The position numbers were made by a program, and so were the translations under genes. Of a stretch of 25,901 nucleotides of DNA, positions 9,201 to 16,113 are shown in pieces (positions within the stretch are counted from its first letter, which is position 1; the number at the start of each line of letters is the position of its first letter). The notes under the pieces were generated by a model. The model had not been told where the DNA came from, did no database searches, and saw only the letters and a program-made list of their open reading frames with translations. Location of the stretch: positions 1-25,901 of IMG/VR virus record IMGVR_UViG_3300020533_000021. One strand, written 5' to 3'. Origin of the DNA: a virus (taxonomy: Duplodnaviria; Caudoviricetes).

Positions 9201-10726
9201 GTGTAACGTACAATTTGACATGCGGGGGAATTACCTGCAGTTCTTCTAATATAAGAACCTTTGACTTTGGGTCCGGGACTATAACGACTTCTGGTAGTAG
9301 TGGCGCATTTGCGTTTGGAACTACGGAAACTACATCTGCTGATCTTACGATTGTTGCCGGAACTGCGCAAATTAACTGCACTGGAAGCAACCCAACCTTT
9401 TCAGGAAATGGCAAAACCTTCTATAACGTCGCATTTACTGACACATCCGCAGGCACCGTCACCATCAACGGAGCCAACAGCTTCAACAACCTGTCCTTCA
9501 CCGGCATCACCTCTGCTGGCTTGAAGGTCATCAGCGTCACAGCCAACCAGACCATCACAGGCACCTTCACCTGCTCAGCAGGCACCAACGCCACGATGCG
9601 TCACTTCGTTCGCTCTGACACCATAGGCACCACACGCACGCTCACCTGCGCGGCTGTGTCCTTGACCGACGTTGACTTCAGAGACATCACCATAGCCGGT
9701 GTAGCCGCGCCAGCGACAGGTACGCGCATCGGAGACTGCAAAGGCAACAGCGGCATCACGTTCACGGCTGCGGCAAACAAGTACTGGAACCTCGCTGCTG
9801 GCGGCAACTGGGGCGGTGCTATTGGTTGGGCTACGTCAAGCGGCGGCTCTCCTGCCATCAACAACTTCCCTCTGGCACAGGACACCTGTTTCTTTGAAGC
9901 TACGGGGTTGAACAGCGGCGCTACCATCACCATCAACCAAGCCTACAACATCGGCACCATCGACATGTCGGCTAGGACGACGAATACGATGACGTTGGCG
10001 ACGGGTTCAACCACACCAGCAATCTACGGCAACTGGATCAACGGTACTGGAACTACGTTGACGGGAACGGGAACGCTGACTTTTTCTAATCGTGGTTCGC
10101 AGACAGTTACCAGTGCCGGAAAGACGTTTAATCAAACATTTGACATTAACACGCCTAATGGTTCTGTAACACTGTTAGATGCAATTACTGTCAACGGTGG
10201 GGTTAATCATATAGCGGGTACATTTGACGCTAATGGATATAATTTCACCAGTTCGGCAAGTTTTTTTGCAAACGCTGGAAATCAAGTAAGAACCTTGGCG
10301 ATTGGTTCTGGTTTATGGACTATTTCTAGCTCATCAAATCCTTGGAACGCGGCGTCCACCAACCTCACCGTGACAGGCACCGGCACCATCAGCCTCACCT
10401 CCGCATCAGCCAAAACCTTCGCAGGCGGCAACGTCTCCTACAGCGGCATCACCCTTAACCAGGGCGGCAACGGCACTCTTACCATCAGCGGCAACAACAC
10501 CTTCAAGACCATTAGCAGCACTGCCGCTGGTGCCAACACCATTGCAATGGGCACCACCACACAGCGTGTCACAACGTCGTGGACAGCCTCAGGCAGCGCT
10601 GGCAACATCCTCACCGTCCAAGGCTCTTCAGCAACTTCGCCTTGCACCTTAGTCTTCACAGGCAGCGGACAAGCTGCTGATGTTGACTACCTAGCCATTA
10701 CAGGTGTTAGAGCATATCCGCTATGA
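6230..10726 (+). CDS. Giant T/G/S-rich beta-helical repeat protein (putative head fibre or adhesin)
   Basis: 1498 aa in five modules, each opening with (R/V/K)YW..GG..W...W...SGG (nt 6239, 6695, 7703, 8735, 9779). Recurring NFPLAQDT, FVRSDTIGTTRTLT and DFRDIT..TRxGDxxGNxxITF motifs. Composition resembles autotransporter/adhesin passenger domains. Confidence 0.8.
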   Translation: MADRYWVGGSGSWNSTTKWSTTSGGASGASVPTSSDNAIFDANSGTAHFIVTVTDNATCADLTITPEPVAGVTQFAVGVNFVIAGTLSTSGTEGNRRIWFRSSTYGLMRDMQIATIGTVTDVDFRDIRVTGTGGTLTGTRIGDLRGNNNITFDTPKTVYWVTLAGGSWSGNNWAASSGGAASTDNFPLAQDTAVIENTGLNTSATVTLDSAIPYIGTLDMSSRTNAMTLNFSAVGYTIYGNLTNGSGTAYSSTFGLTYSGRNTQVITSAGKTFTNDLTIDSYGGTVELADALNIGSRTLTVTNGTFDTKNYNVTASVITTNNTNVRGIKLGSSTLTLSNSTTAVQLGAINLSFDAGTSQINLTGNGGINGSGNTFYNVTFTSTTAATRSINNANTFNNVTVTAPATAGITTLAFDSNQTITGTLTVAGATAVRRIFVRSDTIGTTRTLTVGTLSADNCDFRDITIAGTAAGSSPTRAGDCGGNSGITFPAAKTVYWNLAGTQNWSATAWAPGSGGSPDINNFPLAQDTAVFDEAAGSVTGTITINAAWNIGTFDASLRTSAMTLTTSTNTPFVYGDWKFGTGVTSSSTAGTITFAKRGTQTITSNGITFGCPITIDSVTGVVQLADALSLDSTRTLTLTSGTFDAVSYNVTTGLFSAVFATSGSRLKMGSGTWTLSGTGSVWTGISSDVTFYKGTADIVLSNTSTSARTFTGGGLSYNKLTIGGATGTSTTTITGNNQFTELASTKTVAHTIALGSTTQTFGKWTVTGTAGNVVTLTGTGTAHILAGACTDSIDYLAMGSIGFAATSPGEFYAGANSTGTAAAPVYRTAKPADSTRYWVGGTGNWSDTARWSTSSGGGSGASVPRSHDDVVFDSASNATAYTATVDTVTGGIRMKSLTIAGPASGNVTLAGSTAIVGIHGNVTLPATGLTRTYTGAITLSGSTSGKVLTTNGVALASSITVNGVGCEWTLGSALDLSTVGGFTLVNGVFDCVTYNLTCGGITCSSSNIRTFDFGSGTITTSGSSGAFAFGTTETTSADLTIVAGTAQINCTGSNPTFSGNGKTFYNVAFTDTSAGTVTINGANSFNNLSFTGITSAGLKVISVTANQTITGTFTCSAGTNATMRHFVRSDTIGTTRTLTCAAVSLTDVDFRDITIAGVAAPATGTRIGDCKGNSGITFTAAANKYWNLAAGGNWGGAIGWATSSGGSPAINNFPLAQDTCFFEATGLNSGATITINQAYNIGTIDMSARTTNTMTLATGSTTPAIYGNWINGTGTTLTGTGTLTFSNRGSQTVTSAGKTFNQTFDINTPNGSVTLLDAITVNGGVNHIAGTFDANGYNFTSSASFFANAGNQVRTLAIGSGLWTISSSSNPWNAASTNLTVTGTGTISLTSASAKTFAGGNVSYSGITLNQGGNGTLTISGNNTFKTISSTAAGANTIAMGTTTQRVTTSWTASGSAGNILTVQGSSATSPCTLVFTGSGQAADVDYLAITGVRAYPL

Positions 10727-11316
10727 CTTGGTACGCAGGTAATAACTCCACCAACAACGGGTCGTTGGGGTGGATATTTGCGCCCGGCGGAGTTGTTTAC
10801 GAAATAGATGCAGAATCTGGCTCGTACGCGATTACCGGCCAAGCAGCAACGTTTGTAGTTGAGGCAAGTTTTGACGCTGCCGCGGGCTCTTACGCCGTCA
10901 GTGGGCAATCGGCAACATTGTCGGCAAACCGACAGGTCAACGCTGAAGTTGGTTTGTACGCGCTTGCCGGTCAGGCGGCAACGCTTCTTGCTGACAGAAC
11001 AATAGCGACAGATGCCGGCATCTACAATGTGTCTGGGCAAGCGGCAACGCTGGAGCTTGAACGCATATTCAATGCTCAAGTCGGAAGTTACGCAGTTGCC
11101 GGCCAAGACGCTGAGTTTGCAAAAACTGCCGTAATTTTTGCCGAAGCTGGGGTGTACGCAATTGTTGGACAACCAGCAGCGTTCGCGATAGTTCTTGAGT
11201 ACCCGTTGCCCCAAGACGTCAGAAGCGGTGTACAGTACGGCCCTGGTGGCATTTACGTCGGCACCATGCCGCCGGATTCCAGGGTGCCAATCCGGTCTTT
11301 CACTGGGAGTTTCTAA
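10723..11316 (+). CDS. 22-aa-repeat stalk-like protein; may be the frameshifted C-terminus of the giant fibre
   Basis: Six 22-aa repeats (xAxxGxYAxxGQxAxL/F) followed by YPLPQDVRSGVQYG..YVGT. The N-terminal TWYAGNNST matches the module-closing FYAGANST of the upstream protein. Confidence 0.75.
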   Translation: MTWYAGNNSTNNGSLGWIFAPGGVVYEIDAESGSYAITGQAATFVVEASFDAAAGSYAVSGQSATLSANRQVNAEVGLYALAGQAATLLADRTIATDAGIYNVSGQAATLELERIFNAQVGSYAVAGQDAEFAKTAVIFAEAGVYAIVGQPAAFAIVLEYPLPQDVRSGVQYGPGGIYVGTMPPDSRVPIRSFTGSF

Positions 11317-11622
11317 ATGTCCATGAACCTCAAGGCCGTTACCACACGGCTGGGTTACGAACAGATCACCGGCCTAAGTTCCGCCAAGAGCCTCACCGTT
11401 CCGACCAGAGACGTCAACGGTCTGTCATGCAAGCCGTCCATAGCGTTGATTGTTGCAGAATCGACAGCCGTTCGTTGGCGAGACGACGGCGTTGCGCCCA
11501 CCGCATCTGTTGGGATGCCGTTGGCAGCAGGTGTGACTTTGCAATACGACGGCGACCTGACATACATTCAGTTCATTGAGCAAAGCGGAAGCTCCAAACT
11601 CAACGTAAGCTATTACGCTTAA
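11317..11622 (+). CDS. Small beta-rich structural protein (possible capsid cement or vertex protein)
   Basis: 101 aa. LGYEQIT..AVRWRDDGVAPTASVGMPL..IQFIEQ..LNVSYY pattern recalled from phage head modules. Abuts the previous stop. Confidence 0.7.
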   Translation: MSMNLKAVTTRLGYEQITGLSSAKSLTVPTRDVNGLSCKPSIALIVAESTAVRWRDDGVAPTASVGMPLAAGVTLQYDGDLTYIQFIEQSGSSKLNVSYYA

Positions 11623-11632
11623 GGACAGCGCC

Positions 11633-12130
11633 ATGAACGTTTTTGGCGATTTTGGACAGATCGACACTGACAAGTTTCTTGACTACATCGCCAGGCAGCT
11701 GCCGGCAGATGTAGCCACGCTGGTGCAAGCGCGGGATGAGATTGCGCTTCGTCAAGGCGCGTTGACCGCTGTGCAAGACGCAACAAAATTGCGCGCCGAC
11801 GCCAAGGCGGAGCTGGACGCAGCCAAAAAAGACGCAGCCGGCTTGGTTGCGGAAGCGCAGCGCAAACTGGAAGAAAACAAGCTGTTGCAAGATGAACTGA
11901 ATGCCAACTTGCAGGCTTATGATCTTCAGGCCGAATCGTTCAAACGCGACTCAACCGCCAAATGGTCTGAGCTTGCAGCTAGAGAAAAAGCGGTTGCTAT
12001 CAAAGAAGCAGACGTTGCTTCACGCGAAGAAAAGATGCGTTTTGCGCAAGATGATTTGCAAGCAGAGCGCGAGCGACTTGATGCCCGGATCAAGGCGTTT
12101 CAAGACAAAGTTGCATCGCTCAGTATTTAA
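11633..12130 (+). CDS. Coiled-coil hypothetical protein
   Basis: 165 aa, A/E/K/Q-rich heptads. TAAGGA RBS. Confidence 0.75.
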   Translation: MNVFGDFGQIDTDKFLDYIARQLPADVATLVQARDEIALRQGALTAVQDATKLRADAKAELDAAKKDAAGLVAEAQRKLEENKLLQDELNANLQAYDLQAESFKRDSTAKWSELAAREKAVAIKEADVASREEKMRFAQDDLQAERERLDARIKAFQDKVASLSI

Positions 12131-12183
12131 TGCGGTACACTGCCGCTGTACCGGCCCGTTGACCGGGGATTCCACGGAATCAA
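12131..12183 (+). promoter_or_regulatory. Structured leader of the scaffolding gene (three short hairpins, the last covering the RBS)
   Basis: GCGGTA-CAC-TGCCGC (12132-12146), CCGG-N8-CCGG (12151-12166) and GATTC-CACG-GAATC (12168-12181), ending 2 nt before ATG 12184. Confidence 0.45.
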
Positions 12184-12954
12184 ATGGACGCAGATCAACT
12201 GCCCGTAGCGGACACCGCGCCAGCGGAAACCGTGCAAGCGCCCGAGGTGACGGCCACCCCGGATGTCGCTACTGATGCGCCGGCTGAACAGTCAAAGACT
12301 TTTTCGCAAGAGGAAGTCGACGCACTGATCACCAAGCGGCTCGCAAAAGAGCAGCGCAAGTGGGAAAGGAAGCTCACGCAACCTGCCCAGCAACGACCCG
12401 TTTCAGCCCCCGCACCTACTGCGGATCAGTTCGCCAACGTCGACGAGTACGCGCAAGCGCTCGCCGAACGTAAGGCGCAAGAACTGGTTCAGCAGCGTGA
12501 GCAGCGGCAGCAACAGGAAGCCCTGCTGGAGAACTATCAGGAGCGCGAAGAAGCGGCCCGGGAAAAGTACGACGACTTCGAGCAAGTCGCACTGAACCCG
12601 AAGCTGCCGATCACGACTCTGATGGCGCAGACCATCCAAGCCTCTGACGTGGGGCCGGATGTTGCGTACTACCTTGGGAGCAATCCCAAGGAAGCGGAGC
12701 GGATTTCTCGGCTGCCGGCTTATTTGCAAGCCAAGGAAATCGGTAGGATCGAAGCCAAAGTGCAGTCGAGCCCGCCGGCAAAGAAAACCTCTGCGGCCCC
12801 CACGCCGATCACGCCTGTTACCGCCAGGTCTGCGTCTACGACGTACGACACCACTGATCCGAGGTCTGTGAAAAACATGACCACCAGCCAGTGGATCGAG
12901 GCCGAGCGGCAGCGGCAGATGAGGCAGTGGGAAGCCAAGAATCGCGTTCGTTGA
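12184..12954 (+). CDS. Capsid scaffolding protein
   Basis: Acidic disordered N-terminus, KTFSQEEVDALITKRLAKE motif, coiled coil, VAYYLGSNPKEAERI..EIGRIEAK and a C-terminal helix MTTSQWIEAER. Directly upstream of the coat gene. Confidence 0.88.
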   Translation: MDADQLPVADTAPAETVQAPEVTATPDVATDAPAEQSKTFSQEEVDALITKRLAKEQRKWERKLTQPAQQRPVSAPAPTADQFANVDEYAQALAERKAQELVQQREQRQQQEALLENYQEREEAAREKYDDFEQVALNPKLPITTLMAQTIQASDVGPDVAYYLGSNPKEAERISRLPAYLQAKEIGRIEAKVQSSPPAKKTSAAPTPITPVTARSASTTYDTTDPRSVKNMTTSQWIEAERQRQMRQWEAKNRVR

Positions 12955-12970
12955 TTGAAAGGAATTTGTC

Positions 12971-14182
12971 ATGGCTCAAAATCTGTTGACCATCGACATG
13001 ATCACCAACAAGGCGTTGGAGATCTTGGAGAACAACCTGGTCATCACCCGCAACGTGAATCGTCAGTACGACGATTCGTTCGCCGTCGAAGGCGCCAAGA
13101 TCGGCGACACGCTGCGCATCCGCCTGCCGGATCGCGCTCTGGTCACCGACGGTGCTGCGCTGCAAGTGCAAGAGGTGCAGCAGCAGTTCACCACGCTGAC
13201 GATCGCTTCGCAGAAGCACATCGGCGTCAACTTCACCTCTGCCGAGATGGCCCTGTCGCTGGACGACTTCGCTGATCGCGTGCTCAAGCCTCGGGTTTCG
13301 CAACTCGCGGCCAGCATCGACGCCGATGTTGCCAATTCGTACAAGGACATCTTCCAGTCTGTCGGCACCCCCGGCACGACGCCGGCTACCTCGCTGGTGC
13401 TACTGCAAGCGCAGCAGAAGCTGAACGAGGCAGCTGCTGTCATGTCGCCGCGCTACGCCACCGTCAATCCGGCGGCCAACGCGGGCTTGGTGGAAGGCAT
13501 GAAGGGCCTGTTCAACCCGACCAGCACGATCTCGCGCCAGTTCAAGAACGGCATGATGGGCGAAGGCATCCTCGGCTACGAGGAGATCAACATGTCGCAG
13601 TCCATCAAGGTGCACACGACCGGCTCGGCCTTGCGCTCGGACACCCCGATTGTCAAGACCACGCTGACCAACGGTGCGACCAAGCTGACGCTGGACAACG
13701 TGACCGACGGCAACACGCTGGTCCCGGGCGACGTGTTCACCATTGCTGGTGTGTTTGCGGTCAACCCGCAGACCCGCGAGTCCACCGGCTCGCTGCAGCA
13801 GTTCGTGGTGCAGAACACGGTCACCTCGGCTTCCACCGAGTTCGTGGACGTGGACTTCCTGCCGGCCGTGTACGCGCCCACGCAAGCCTTGGCCACGGTC
13901 AGCAAGCTGCCGACCGCCAGCGATATCGTCACCTTCTTGGGTGCGGCTTCGACGGGCTATCCGCAAAACCTGATCTACCACAAGGACGCGATCACGTTTG
14001 CCACCGCTGACCTGATGCTGCCGCAAGGCGTCGACATGGCCAGCCGGAAGGTTCACAACGGGATCTCGATGCGGATCGTGCGCCAGTACGACATCAACAA
14101 CGACCGGATGCCGTGCCGGATTGACGTGCTGTACGGGTACAGCGTCATCCGCCCGCAGATGGCCGTTCGCATGTGGGGGTGA
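12971..14182 (+). CDS. Major capsid protein, P22 gp5 coat family
   Basis: 403 aa. ALEILENNLV, GAKIGDTLRIRLP, I-domain PGDVFTIAGVFAVNP, NLIYHKDAITFATADL and RIDVLYG motifs. AAAGGAA RBS. Confidence 0.95.
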   Translation: MAQNLLTIDMITNKALEILENNLVITRNVNRQYDDSFAVEGAKIGDTLRIRLPDRALVTDGAALQVQEVQQQFTTLTIASQKHIGVNFTSAEMALSLDDFADRVLKPRVSQLAASIDADVANSYKDIFQSVGTPGTTPATSLVLLQAQQKLNEAAAVMSPRYATVNPAANAGLVEGMKGLFNPTSTISRQFKNGMMGEGILGYEEINMSQSIKVHTTGSALRSDTPIVKTTLTNGATKLTLDNVTDGNTLVPGDVFTIAGVFAVNPQTRESTGSLQQFVVQNTVTSASTEFVDVDFLPAVYAPTQALATVSKLPTASDIVTFLGAASTGYPQNLIYHKDAITFATADLMLPQGVDMASRKVHNGISMRIVRQYDINNDRMPCRIDVLYGYSVIRPQMAVRMWG

Positions 14183-14187
14183 TGAAA

Positions 14188-14436
14188 ATGCCGAACACCA
14201 AAGCAATTGGTGTGGCATTCGAGGATCCCGAACTCGACGGTGCAATCATCGGCAAAGCCGGTGGCACCGCCGGGTTCTACGGAACCACGCCTGTCACGCA
14301 ACGCTCCAGCGCAGCCCAAGCAACGTCCGCCGTTGGCACTGCCAGCAGCGCGGACGTGACGACTGCCCTCAAGGCCGCCGTCATCGAGATCATGAACACG
14401 CTGCAGGCCATCGGTCTGTGGAAGGGTGGCGCATAA
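14188..14436 (+). CDS. Putative capsid decoration or head-fibre protein A
   Basis: MPNTKAIGVAFEDPE..GFYGTTPVTQR..IMNTLQAIGLW, directly after the coat gene. Alternative start at 14182. Paralogous to the next gene. Confidence 0.7.
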   Translation: MPNTKAIGVAFEDPELDGAIIGKAGGTAGFYGTTPVTQRSSAAQATSAVGTASSADVTTALKAAVIEIMNTLQAIGLWKGGA

Positions 14437-14454
14437 GCGCCAGAAAGGAACATC

Positions 14455-14748
14455 ATGTCCAACGCAAACTTTGAAGCGCCCAAGATTGGCGACGGCCAGC
14501 AAATGGGCGATGGCAACGTCGAGGAAACCCTCAACGTCGGCCGCAGCGGCCAGCCCGTGCAGATGCAACCCACTGCCACCGGCAAGGTCGGCTTTTACGG
14601 CACGACGCCGATCACGCAGCGCACCGCTGCCGTTGCCACCTCGGCAGTCGGCACCGCGTCGTCTGCTGATGTCACCACGACGCTGAAAGCTGCCGTGATT
14701 GACATCATGAACACGCTGGCCGTTCTTGGCTTGGCCAAGGCTGCGTGA
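14455..14748 (+). CDS. Putative capsid decoration or head-fibre protein B
   Basis: 97 aa. QMGDGNVEE N-terminal part, with the C-terminal half nearly identical to protein A. AAAGGAA RBS. Confidence 0.75.
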   Translation: MSNANFEAPKIGDGQQMGDGNVEETLNVGRSGQPVQMQPTATGKVGFYGTTPITQRTAAVATSAVGTASSADVTTTLKAAVIDIMNTLAVLGLAKAA

Positions 14749-15254
14749 TCAAGGTGCTTCATGCGGGATGCGGTGGGTCGCCGCTTCCCGAATGGATACA
14801 GGGTCAGGAGACTCGTCTGGACATTGACCCAGGCGTCTCTCCTGACTTTGTTGCTCCCATGACCGACATGGGGGACATCGGCCAATACCACATCGCATAC
14901 TGCTCGCATGTGCTGGAACACATGCCGCCGCACGAAATCGTGCAAGCGTTGAGCGAACTGCACCGCGTGCTGATGCCGGGTGGGTTTCTCATCGCTGTGG
15001 TGCCGGATCTGGAGGGCATCAAGCCCGACAACACCGTCGTCTACGAGTCGCCAGCAGGCCCGGTCACGGGGCTGGACATGTACTACGGGATGGCCAGACT
15101 GGTGCAGAGCAATCCGTACATGGCGCACAAATACGGGTTCGTCCGCAAGACGCTGATCGACTTTGTCGAGCACGCCGGGTTTAAGGTCCGCCATGCTGGC
15201 CCGTCCATCAATCACCAACTCATGATCACCGCACAAAGGCCCGTGACGCAATGA
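14745..15254 (+). CDS. Class I SAM-dependent methyltransferase (Methyltransf_11-like)
   Basis: Motif I VLHAGCGG, RLDID, YCSHVLEH and LSELHRVLMPGGFL..VPD. No DPPY/NPPY or catalytic PC motif of DNA methyltransferases. GTGA overlap with the previous gene. Confidence 0.88.
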   Translation: MIKVLHAGCGGSPLPEWIQGQETRLDIDPGVSPDFVAPMTDMGDIGQYHIAYCSHVLEHMPPHEIVQALSELHRVLMPGGFLIAVVPDLEGIKPDNTVVYESPAGPVTGLDMYYGMARLVQSNPYMAHKYGFVRKTLIDFVEHAGFKVRHAGPSINHQLMITAQRPVTQ

Positions 15255-15940
15255 AAATCGTCTTGTGTGTGCCTACCCTTACCCGCCCGCATTCCGCGCT
15301 TCTGGAGGCCATAGAGGCCGCCGTACCGGCACTGGATGCGGCGGGCATCACGCACCAGATGGTAATGGAGGTGGGCAATCCCTACATCAGCCAAGCGCGC
15401 AACGTCATGCTGCGCAAGGCGCTGGATGCGGGCGCGGATCAGATCATCTTCCTTGACCACGACGTATCGTTCCCGCCGGAAGCGCTGCTGAAGCTCATCC
15501 AGACGGAAGGCGACGTTGTGGCCGGAACGTACCGTTTCAAGCGGGACGAGGAAGACTACATGGGCTGCCTGTTTACCGACGCGGGTGGGCATCCCATCGT
15601 GCGCCTGGCAGACGGCGCTATCCACGCAGAGTGGGTGCCTGCCGGGTTTTTGCGCGTGACCGAAGCGGCAGTCGAGAAGTTCATGCGTGCGTACCCGCAC
15701 CTCATGTACGGCAAGGCGCACAAGCCGCACGTTGACCTGTTCAACCACGGCGCGCACAAAGGCATCTGGTACGGCGAGGACTACTCTTTTAGCCGCAACT
15801 GGAACGACTGCGGTGGATCTATCTGGCTGATCCCCGACGCGGACATCACGCACCACAGCGCCGACAAAGCGTATCCCGGCAACTATCACATGTACCTGCG
15901 CCGCAGGCCCGGAGGCGACCTATGCCCGTCATCTACATGA
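15251..15940 (+). CDS. Glycosyltransferase, GT-A fold (GT2-like)
   Basis: ISQARN, DxD motif IIFLDHD, DVVAGTY, AGFLRV, GEDYSF and ITHH. ATGA overlap with the methyltransferase. Confidence 0.85.
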   Translation: MKIVLCVPTLTRPHSALLEAIEAAVPALDAAGITHQMVMEVGNPYISQARNVMLRKALDAGADQIIFLDHDVSFPPEALLKLIQTEGDVVAGTYRFKRDEEDYMGCLFTDAGGHPIVRLADGAIHAEWVPAGFLRVTEAAVEKFMRAYPHLMYGKAHKPHVDLFNHGAHKGIWYGEDYSFSRNWNDCGGSIWLIPDADITHHSADKAYPGNYHMYLRRRPGGDLCPSST

Positions 15941-16113
15941 AGCACCCGATCCACGGCACCAAGGTTGCCACGATGGATCTGGAGGCAGAAGAAGATGAAC
16001 GCAACGGGTGGGAAAGGTATACTCCGGGCGAGGAATCGCCCCAGGTTGCCGTCAACGAACTGACTGCGCGCAGGCGGCGACGGGAGTCCGCCGATGTCTA
16101 CCACAGCCGGTGA
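15922..16113 (+). CDS. Small hypothetical phage protein
   Basis: 63 aa, IYMKHPIHGTKVA..EAEEDERNGWERY..RRRRR. GGAGG RBS upstream. Confidence 0.75.
   Translation: MPVIYMKHPIHGTKVATMDLEAEEDERNGWERYTPGEESPQVAVNELTARRRRRESADVYHSR

Noticed and set aside
10705-10726. Canonical programmed -1 frameshift site
   Set aside because: No X_XXY_YYZ heptamer in the 13-nt permissive window. Kept only as the split-gene finding.
6230-11316. Diversity-generating retroelement or invertible shufflon acting on the fibre
   Set aside because: No reverse transcriptase or recombinase, no ~100-bp pair differing only at adenines and no inverted crossover sites were seen. Elements outside the window cannot be excluded.
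949-14182. Inteins, introns or stop-codon reassignment in terminase, portal or coat
   Set aside because: All are of normal length and uninterrupted under the standard code.
14427-14442. Hairpin TGGCGC-ATAA-GCGCCA as a terminator after the coat region
   Set aside because: No U-tract follows; it runs directly into the next RBS.
14745-15254. DNA methyltransferase / anti-restriction gene
   Set aside because: Only 169 aa, lacking DPPY/NPPY or PC catalytic motifs and a target-recognition domain. The SHVLEH motif fits small-molecule or sugar methyltransferases.
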